Part shown: piece after piece, positions 1 through 6,107 of the stretch
Numbering within the stretch: the first letter of the stretch is position 1
How the letters are laid out: every line of letters starts with the position of its first letter
NCBI GenBank assembly: GCA_003144275.1
Contig: NJBF01000092.1
Location: 1-6,587 of the forward strand
Reading direction: 5' to 3'
Source: Candidatus Heimdallarchaeota archaeon B3_Heim
Lineage (GTDB): Archaea; Asgardarchaeota; Heimdallarchaeia; Hodarchaeales; Hodarchaeaceae
Length of the DNA: 6,587 bases
Translations under genes and position numbers: made by a program
The notes under the pieces: generated by a model
The model's database searches: none
What the model saw: the letters and a program-made list of their open reading frames with translations, nothing else
What the model was told of the DNA's origin: nothing

Positions 1-7
1 TAGTTCC

Positions 8-16
8 TAAATATAA
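8..16 (+). promoter_or_regulatory. TATA-like box upstream of the B3/B4 gene
   Basis: TAAATATAA ends 30 nt before the ATG at 47, consistent with an archaeal promoter and a short leader. The AT-rich background makes a chance match possible. Confidence 0.35.
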
Positions 17-46
17 CTTGAGTCAATTCTTGGATGGTCTAAGGAA

Positions 47-703
47 ATGCAGATTAGTCTCACGGAAAATTTAAAGGAAAAGTATCCTGTTTCTATATTC
101 GGTAACCTGATCATAAGAGGTGTTCCAAATAGAAAGAGAAATGAAACATTAGAAAAACGAAAGCAAAGTTTGGAGAGAGAGATAAGAGAAAACTATGCAG
201 ACGTGGATAAAGATACAATGATACAGTACTACAACACTTACTTTGAGATATGGAAAAAAACATACCCCATAGAGTACCAAATTAACACGGTAAAACGTGG
301 TGGAAAGTTTCCGAAAGTTTCAGTGTTGGTAGATTGTATGTTTATCGCAGAACTTAAATCTAGGATCTTGACTTCGGGACATGATCTAGATGAAATCAAT
401 GGTGATCTCTCCTTTGACGTTTCACAAGGAGGGGAGCAGTATCTAAAGATAAATGGTCAAAAACAAGAATTGAAGAAGAATGACGTAATTCTTACAGATA
501 ACGAGGGAATTCTTGCTAGTATTCTATATGGTCCAGCAAGAAGAACATCCATATCCATAAAAACAAAAAATGCACTTTTCTTTGCATGGTGCCCATATTC
601 TTTGGATGAAGAAATCATCAGGAGTCACTTAAATGAGATCTTCCTGAACCTAAATGGTGTGTTTGAATCCATCACTTCAGAAAGTCAATTAATTCGGCCA
701 TAA
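47..703 (+). CDS. Stand-alone B3/B4 domain protein (phenylalanyl-tRNA synthetase beta-subunit editing-domain-like; putative tRNA trans-editing deacylase)
   Basis: 218 aa ORF. The segment VDCMFIAELKSRILTSGHDLDEINGDLSFDVSQGGEQYLKING...NDVILTDNEGILASILYGPARRTSI...TKNALFFAW follows the B3/B4 pattern (xxDLDxI, GxExY/F, DxxG, T-I-xxxT-xxxLF). It is too short for PheT and has no other PheT domains. Confidence 0.8.
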   Translation: MQISLTENLKEKYPVSIFGNLIIRGVPNRKRNETLEKRKQSLEREIRENYADVDKDTMIQYYNTYFEIWKKTYPIEYQINTVKRGGKFPKVSVLVDCMFIAELKSRILTSGHDLDEINGDLSFDVSQGGEQYLKINGQKQELKKNDVILTDNEGILASILYGPARRTSISIKTKNALFFAWCPYSLDEEIIRSHLNEIFLNLNGVFESITSESQLIRP

Positions 704-746
704 TATATCCAAGGGAGTAGTCTGAATAATGGAAATTTGAGAATTT

Positions 747-1006
747 CTATAATTGGGGTTCAATGATTACTTCACAATACGAGTTACCACTTGGAATACT
801 CTGTGTATGAGAGATAGTAAATTCAATATTAGGAAAAATACCCTCTAATTCACCTGCCATGACACTCGCATTGTCCAATCACGCCATACTTCAGCATCTA
901 GCTCTACTGCATCTTCCACTCCATATTTTTGCATGACAAACCTGAACACAGCTCCATCCAATCGAATAATTGCATAATTAACTAATTTTTTCGAAAATTC
1001 AGTCAT
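747..1006 (-). pseudogene. Split, internally shortened DUF6125 / ATC-hydrolase / V4R-like gene remnant
   Basis: Manual translation gave two pieces. 1006..845 encodes MTEFSKKLVNYAIIRLDGAVFRFVMQKYGVEDAVELDAEVWRDWTMRVSWQVN* (53 aa), with the DGxxF...KYGxExAxELDxEVW pattern typical of DUF6125-like N-termini and a GAAGTGA SD-like site at 1018-1012. A different frame, 860..747, encodes MAGELEGIFPNIEFTISHTQSIPSGNSYCEVIIEPQL* (37 aa), resembling the family's C-terminal P-x-I-x-F...G-x-x-x-C-E strand. Neither is in the ORF track. Confidence 0.55.
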
Positions 1007-1168
1007 ATAATTCACTTCAATTTTTTTTATGTAAGTGGTGAATCCTCACTTAAAACATCTGGTATTATGAAAACTGAAGCTACTGTAGAGATTGAAAATA
1101 GGGATAAGGAAGTATCCCTGACGAATTTCCAAAGGCTAGGAATGAAGTGACGAATCAAAGGAGAATGT

Positions 1169-2275
1169 TTAGCCATCTCGACAAAAGGATTGCATTTTTT
1201 GGAATTGAACACCTGTAAGAGTCCGATATTGACTAAATAGATTAGCGGTCAGACATGCATGCACTGGAAAAATGAAAAGTATATCACCTATCTGTACTTT
1301 TTCAAGTGTAGAAGTATCTGTATGAATTATTCCATGTTCTTGAGAGATTGAAGATACATATGTACCTTGAAGAGCACTACTCCAACCTTCATCGGATAAT
1401 AACGCAACTTTACCAAACGATTTTTCTCCTGTAGGAGTAATTTGAAATTCTTTTGATAAATGAACTGCTCCTCCATATATAATAATCTGATTACGTTTAG
1501 GATACTTAGCTACGACTGGACACGCCACTCCCATAGCAAGTTCGGACTCAGTGCAAGCACCGAGTGAGAGTTGTTCGAGATCATAAAACACAAAACTTCC
1601 AGGACGAATCTCATCGATCCCAGTATATTCATCAGATACAGAGCAAGTAGGAGTGTCTCCAAGTGACAACTGACATTCACTAAAACCTTGCTTTTTGAGT
1701 TCACCTTGTTTTTGTTTCAGATCTAACATTGACGATTGGTGTATTTTTTTCAGCTCATCCACTGATTGAGCTGAATACGCATGTCCTGCATGTGTCAACA
1801 AACCTGTAAAGTTCAGTAAAGATTCTTTTTCTAGGATTTCAGCGATGGCTAGCAGAATATTATCATTCTGGACACCTGTTCTATGATATCCTTGATCAAT
1901 TTCTATCCAAACTGAAAGAGGGGTCGTTACTTTTTCTGTCAATATAGATGTTGAATCAACAGACTCTACAAGGACACCTAATTTACATTTATGAGCTAAT
2001 TGATTGATGGCATCCATTTGCCGAATATTTAATGGAAATGCAACCGTAATATCTTGCCATCCTGCATTAACAAAATATTTGGCCATGTCAACTGAGGATA
2101 CAGTAATTCTAGATACTCCATATTCTTTGAACCAATTTCCAATTGTTTTTGATTGATGGGTTTTGAAATGAGGTCGCAAATGAATTTTACTTTTAGCGGT
2201 CTTTGCTACAAACTTTTTAATGTTCTGTCGTACTTTATTCTCATCAATTAAGAGAGCAGGTTTTGTAATTTTCAT
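1169..2275 (-). CDS. Fold-type III PLP-dependent enzyme, D-serine dehydratase (DSD1)/D-threonine aldolase family
   Basis: 368 aa. Motifs: N-terminal xPALLID; PLP-lysine motif RPHFKTH (K38); WIEIDxGYHRTGV; GLLTHAGH; EIRPGSFVFYD; GGAVHLSKE; SQEHG; C-terminal PVHACLTAN (H339/C341). A strong SD (GAGGTGA) lies 10 nt upstream. Confidence 0.9.
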   Translation of the reverse strand: MKITKPALLIDENKVRQNIKKFVAKTAKSKIHLRPHFKTHQSKTIGNWFKEYGVSRITVSSVDMAKYFVNAGWQDITVAFPLNIRQMDAINQLAHKCKLGVLVESVDSTSILTEKVTTPLSVWIEIDQGYHRTGVQNDNILLAIAEILEKESLLNFTGLLTHAGHAYSAQSVDELKKIHQSSMLDLKQKQGELKKQGFSECQLSLGDTPTCSVSDEYTGIDEIRPGSFVFYDLEQLSLGACTESELAMGVACPVVAKYPKRNQIIIYGGAVHLSKEFQITPTGEKSFGKVALLSDEGWSSALQGTYVSSISQEHGIIHTDTSTLEKVQIGDILFIFPVHACLTANLFSQYRTLTGVQFQKMQSFCRDG

Positions 2276-2285
2276 TTTTCTGTTG

Positions 2286-2292
2286 TCACCTC
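2286..2292 (-). promoter_or_regulatory. Shine-Dalgarno site of the PLP enzyme gene
   Basis: GAGGTGA on the minus strand, 10 nt before the ATG at 2275; this matches the archaeal-type consensus GGAGGTGA. Confidence 0.75.
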
Positions 2293-2522
2293 ATTAATTA
2301 TTACTCCGAATTAGATCTAAAGATCACTAGTATGAAAATTAATAAGAGCTTGGTTAAAACTCATTGATTAGGTCCCTTTATTTACTTATTCCTAGGTGTC
2401 CAAAGTCATCATGAGGATAGAATTGCACAGGGAATAAAAAATAAGAGAAGGAGTCAAATTGTGTTCAAAAACTGAAATGAAAGTTCCAAATAAGGGAATG
2501 AGTTGTTTACACACTTTAATTT

Positions 2523-2527
2523 GAGGT
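2523..2527 (+). promoter_or_regulatory. Shine-Dalgarno site of the M32 carboxypeptidase gene
   Basis: GAGGT 8 nt before the ATG at 2536. Confidence 0.6.
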
Positions 2528-2535
2528 TTAACTGA

Positions 2536-4044
2536 ATGACACTACAAGGAACCTATGATTCACTTTTGCAAAAAAATAAAAAGGCAATTATTTACCAAAT
2601 GATTCAAGCACAGCTTGGGTGGGATTTTGAAACATATATGCCTAAAAAAGGCGGTCAACAACGATCTATGCAATTTGCTACCCTCGCTGCTGATATCCAT
2701 AAACTAATGACCGACCCAAAAATTGGAGAATTAATTAACAACATAAAAACAGATCCTGACTACTCCTCTCTTTCTGATATTCAAAAACGGAATCTTTACC
2801 TTGTCGAGAAGGAATACAATAGACAAACGAAATTACCAGCTGATTTGGTAGAAGAGATTGCTAAACACCAAGTGATCGCTATTGAAACATGGAAAGAAGC
2901 CAAAGCCGCAAAAAATTATGCAATGTTTAAGCCAGAATTAAAAAAGTCTTTAGATCTTCAAAAAAAGCGTGCGCATTATTTAGATCCTGATAAACATCCT
3001 TATGATGTATTATTGGATATTTATGAACCAAATATGACCTCAGCTATGATTACACGCCTGTTTAATGAACTCAAAGAAGGGCTTGTTCCATTAATAAAGA
3101 AAATACAATCTGCACCTAATCAACCTGATACTTCCTTTTTATCTAGATCTTGTCCTATTTCTATCCAGGAAACCTTAGCAACTGATCTTTCCAATGTAGT
3201 TCATTATGATCTAGACTGTGGCCGTATCGATACCACTGAGCATCCGTTTACAACTGGTTATTATCAGGATGTGAGGATTACGACGCATTATTATGAAAAC
3301 GAGTTTGATAATGCTTTGTTTTCTACCATGCATGAAGCAGGACATGCCATTTATGAACAAAATCTAGATGAAGCATTCAGATACCAACCTCTCGGTCAAG
3401 CAGCCTCTCTTGGTCTTCATGAATCTCAGTCAAGATTCTTTGAAAATATAATTGGTCGCAGTCCTGAATTTTGGGAATACTATCTACCCAGATTTAAAGA
3501 GTTAACAGGAGACATCTTTGCAGATATAGATGCCCAATTTTTTATTCATGCTATCAACCATGTTAAGCCATCTAAGATCCGTGTCACCGCAGATGAGGTG
3601 ACGTACTCTCTACATGTAATAATCAGGTTTGAAATTGAAAGAGATCTTAGTGAAGGAAAAATAACTGTTGAAGAACTCCCAACTATCTGGAATCAAAAAT
3701 ATAAAGATTATTTGGGTGTGGATATTGAAGATGATTCAGAGGGGGTAATGCAAGACACGCATTGGGCTGCAGGGTTATTCGGTTATTTCCCTACTTATGC
3801 ATTAGGCAATATCTATAATGCAATGCAACTACATGTCATACGAAAGGAATTACCAAATTATGACGACTTAGTGCGTACTGGTAATTTAAAACCAATTCTT
3901 GAGTGGCTAACAAAGAAAGTCCATCAACCAGCTAACTTGTATGATCCAGCTGATCTAATGCAACAGATAACTAATGAACCAATTAATACCAAGTATTTTA
4001 TTGAGTATTGTACCAATAAATACTCAAAACTCTATGCATTTTGA
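2536..4044 (+). CDS. Carboxypeptidase M32 (carboxypeptidase Taq/Pfu family metallocarboxypeptidase)
   Basis: 502 aa. Motifs: LGWDxETYMP, YDVLLDIYEP, HPF (236-238), DVRITT (245-250), zinc-binding HEAGH (266-270), HESQSRFFEN, IRVTADEVTYSLH, GVMQDTHW, GYFPTYALGN. All hallmark M32 motifs are present. Confidence 0.97.
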   Translation: MTLQGTYDSLLQKNKKAIIYQMIQAQLGWDFETYMPKKGGQQRSMQFATLAADIHKLMTDPKIGELINNIKTDPDYSSLSDIQKRNLYLVEKEYNRQTKLPADLVEEIAKHQVIAIETWKEAKAAKNYAMFKPELKKSLDLQKKRAHYLDPDKHPYDVLLDIYEPNMTSAMITRLFNELKEGLVPLIKKIQSAPNQPDTSFLSRSCPISIQETLATDLSNVVHYDLDCGRIDTTEHPFTTGYYQDVRITTHYYENEFDNALFSTMHEAGHAIYEQNLDEAFRYQPLGQAASLGLHESQSRFFENIIGRSPEFWEYYLPRFKELTGDIFADIDAQFFIHAINHVKPSKIRVTADEVTYSLHVIIRFEIERDLSEGKITVEELPTIWNQKYKDYLGVDIEDDSEGVMQDTHWAAGLFGYFPTYALGNIYNAMQLHVIRKELPNYDDLVRTGNLKPILEWLTKKVHQPANLYDPADLMQQITNEPINTKYFIEYCTNKYSKLYAF

Positions 4045-4056
4045 TTATTCGCTAAA

Positions 4057-4914
4057 TCATTCGAGATTACGGATTTCCTGAATTAATTCAGATACTTCCT
4101 GTGATTTTTGATTCAGAAGATCCATTATCTTCTCTCTTTCTTCTGCTGGAACTCTTTTTCCCTCAATGAAATGAAACGCACTTACCATAACTTGGAGAAT
4201 ATTTCCTAAATCATGACTGTATTTGTCCTTTAATTGATAATTATACTGATTTGATCTTGTATTTTCTAGGTGGATTAACAGAACAACGGTTAAAACTAAG
4301 ATAGCAATGGAGAAGGAATTGTTTACACCCACTAAAGCTTCGTTTTCCAATTCGACGGACGAAAGCCCTAGATTTGTCCCTTCTAAGGTTATATAAATAT
4401 ATACAATAAATTGTATGATTGCAGTTCCGATCATAGCGTAGAACCACTTTATACTTTGTCCAACTTGGGTTTTAAAATTGGTGCTTTCAATTATCCCAAT
4501 GGTATATAGGCCTCCGACTAATATGAAGCTAAAAAATATGCAAAAATTCACCGCTGTTTCAATTCCAAGGAAGAAATAGACTATTAAGGGTAAAATAATT
4601 AGTAGGAGTGTAAAGAGAAATATAGATTGCACTGAAACTGGTCGGAAATACACAATAATGCTTACTGCTATTAAAAATGATCCTACCAAAGTACAAACTG
4701 CGAAAAGAAAATCAAATGTTTCGGTTAGAGCTACATCATTTAAAATCTGTGCAAGAATTTGAAAGATGCTTGCTAGTGTCCAGATACTCCAACCTGCAAC
4801 CTGTCCTCGAAATCGTTTCTTTTTTCTGGAAAGTAGAAAATCTAAACCTACTCCGAGACCAATTAATCGAATGAATGCAAGTGCAAGTTGACTGAAGAAA
4901 AGGACATAATTCAT
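4057..4914 (-). CDS. Membrane protein with ~7 TM helices and a C-terminal HisKA/DHp-like hairpin, lacking an HATPase domain
   Basis: 285 aa. By eye there are seven hydrophobic segments in residues ~4-218, then a cytoplasmic coiled segment and the H-box-like KYSHDLGNILQVM (H234). A second amphipathic helix (EKIMDLLNQKSQEVSELIQEIRNLE) follows, then the stop. No N, G1, F or G2 boxes. Confidence 0.7.
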   Translation of the reverse strand: MNYVLFFSQLALAFIRLIGLGVGLDFLLSRKKKRFRGQVAGWSIWTLASIFQILAQILNDVALTETFDFLFAVCTLVGSFLIAVSIIVYFRPVSVQSIFLFTLLLIILPLIVYFFLGIETAVNFCIFFSFILVGGLYTIGIIESTNFKTQVGQSIKWFYAMIGTAIIQFIVYIYITLEGTNLGLSSVELENEALVGVNNSFSIAILVLTVVLLIHLENTRSNQYNYQLKDKYSHDLGNILQVMVSAFHFIEGKRVPAEEREKIMDLLNQKSQEVSELIQEIRNLE

Positions 4915-4945
4915 GATGCGTCTCGAAATGAAGATAGTTATCTAC

Positions 4946-4953
4946 TATATTAA
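4946..4953 (-). promoter_or_regulatory. TATA-like box upstream of the 7TM-DHp gene
   Basis: TTAATATA on the minus strand, 31 nt before the ATG at 4914. No SD is evident, consistent with a leaderless or short-leader transcript. Confidence 0.4.
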
Positions 4954-5007
4954 GGTAAGCCTTGACCTAAATTTAACAACGCGGGGTGAAAATCCGTGTA
5001 ATATGGT

Positions 5008-5685
5008 TTAGAATAAGAATGGTATTAATCGTTTCGTAGTTTTCATATAGTTGAGATAATCCTCACCGAATTCTTCAACGAGTATCACTTCTTCTTGTTT
5101 TAATCTCACATAAAGGACAAAGAAATTATAGAGAAAACCAAAACTTCCAAAGAAGAGGCATCGAAAAATCAATATTGATCCAAAACTACCAAGTATTCCA
5201 CCAGCATAAATAGGATGGCGAACAAATTTATATATCCCCTCTTTCATTAATTGGTGCTCTTTTTCAATTACTAATATTCCACTACCGAATTTACCAATCT
5301 GCCATCTGCCCACTATAGTAAAAATTCCCCCAATGATTAGAAGAAGATATCCCATTAGTGCTACTGGAAGAGAGTTCCAGAGAGGAATATACTTTGCGAT
5401 GAAAAGCTGATTTTCATGAAATGAAAGTGCAAGTATGACAGGAGACATCAAGAAAGCAATAAACAATAGACCAGTATACTTATCAAATCCTACTTCACGT
5501 TCTTTTTCGGAAAAAGGTCGAATGATTGTATCTAGTATACCAATCGAGAAAATCATTCCAACACCTATCATATCTAATGTATCCTGGTATATTTCTGGTG
5601 CGAGTATAAAAAAGACAAGATTATAAAGAATAAAATACCAGATTAAGATAAATAACACTTTTCTTATGATTTCCACTCGGTTCAT
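5008..5685 (-). CDS. Isoprenylcysteine carboxyl methyltransferase (ICMT/Ste14/PEMT) family membrane methyltransferase
   Basis: 225 aa with multiple TM segments. Motifs HQLMKEGIYKFVRHPIYAG and RLKQEEVILVEEFGEDYLNYMKTTKRLIP match the family SAM-binding signatures (H-x-L-xxx-G-x-Y-xx-VRHP-x-Y; R-xxx-EE-xx-L-xxx-FG-xx-Y-xx-Y). Confidence 0.92.
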   Translation of the reverse strand: MNRVEIIRKVLFILIWYFILYNLVFFILAPEIYQDTLDMIGVGMIFSIGILDTIIRPFSEKEREVGFDKYTGLLFIAFLMSPVILALSFHENQLFIAKYIPLWNSLPVALMGYLLLIIGGIFTIVGRWQIGKFGSGILVIEKEHQLMKEGIYKFVRHPIYAGGILGSFGSILIFRCLFFGSFGFLYNFFVLYVRLKQEEVILVEEFGEDYLNYMKTTKRLIPFLF

Positions 5686-5721
5686 GACGGTACTTCAGCC
5701 TTTTTATCTGCTGTTCCTTTG

Positions 5722-5937
5722 TTACTCTTCTTTTTTATCCATCATTTCGCTAATTATGGAAAAAGGCCCTTTAACTTCACGCTGGTACGCTAAAAATTTT
5801 ATCCAATCATCAAAAAAGGCTCTTTGGATTACTCCTTCAAGAAAACCCGTTCGTTCTTCGCCATATCCCTGTTGGATTAAGTAATCGAGGAATTCTATGA
5901 AGATTTCATTAAATTCAAGAGATACACTTTCAAACAT
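5722..5937 (-). CDS. Small acidic protein, ribbon-helix-helix (CopG/Arc/MetJ)-like
   Basis: 71 aa ORF filling the gap upstream of the ICMT gene, co-oriented and 36 nt from it. SVSLEFNEIFIEFLDYLIQQGYGEERTGFLEGVIQRAF aligns by eye with the archaeal RHH pattern (alternating beta strand; LDxLxxxG; xxR[ST]xxIxxxI). Confidence 0.55.
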   Translation of the reverse strand: MFESVSLEFNEIFIEFLDYLIQQGYGEERTGFLEGVIQRAFFDDWIKFLAYQREVKGPFSIISEMMDKKEE

Positions 5938-6096
5938 GATGAATCATTCTTTAAGAGCGGGGAGATTTTTTAAGATTATTCCTTTGTCTGATACTATATG
6001 CATTCAGAACGGTTCTCTATTGTCCCTCTCTAGGTTTTTATTATGATGAACTTTGAATGGTAATTTAAAAATGGGAAGTGGAACTTGGTAAATCAT

Positions 6097-6101
6097 GAGG
6101 T
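6097..6101 (+). promoter_or_regulatory. Shine-Dalgarno site of ppa
   Basis: GAGGT 6 nt before the ATG at 6108. Confidence 0.6.
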
Positions 6102-6107
6102 TTGAAG

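Noticed and set aside
845-847. Possible pyrrolysine/amber read-through of the TAG ending the 53 aa fragment
   Set aside because: Read-through gives RVFFLILNLLSLIHRVFQVVTRIVK* with no family-like features. The plausible C-terminus is in a different frame.
1172-1183. PLP enzyme ends in C-R-D-G, a Cys at position -4, in a window with an ICMT-family gene
   Set aside because: CaaX motifs need aliphatic residues at the middle positions, and R-D does not fit. There is no prenyltransferase or CaaX endoprotease here, and M32 is not a CaaX protease.
1027-1212. 61 aa minus-strand ORF from the track
   Set aside because: It overlaps the 3' end of the PLP gene in another frame, has no SD or recognisable motif, and runs over a likely regulatory spacer. 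Probably spurious.
1510-1704. 64 aa minus-strand ORF
   Set aside because: It lies wholly inside the well-supported PLP enzyme gene in an alternative frame and has no motif.
2311-2320. Perfect 10-bp palindrome TTAGATCTAA upstream of the PLP gene
   Set aside because: Several 10-bp palindromes are expected by chance in AT-rich DNA of this length, and I found no second copy.
4057-4059. Possible selenocysteine/TGA read-through extending the 7TM protein into a kinase domain
   Set aside because: The next in-frame codons are TTT AGC GAA TAA, and the convergent M32 gene follows immediately.
4241-4447. 68 aa minus-strand ORF
   Set aside because: Alternative-frame shadow inside the 7TM gene.
4677-4874. 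65 aa plus-strand ORF
   Set aside because: Antisense shadow of the 7TM gene with no motif.
5435-5626. 63 aa plus-strand ORF
   Set aside because: Antisense shadow of the ICMT-family gene.
5666-5884. 72 aa plus-strand ORF
   Set aside because: It is antisense to both the ICMT start and the 71 aa ORF. The minus-strand ORF fits the gene layout and an RHH pattern better.
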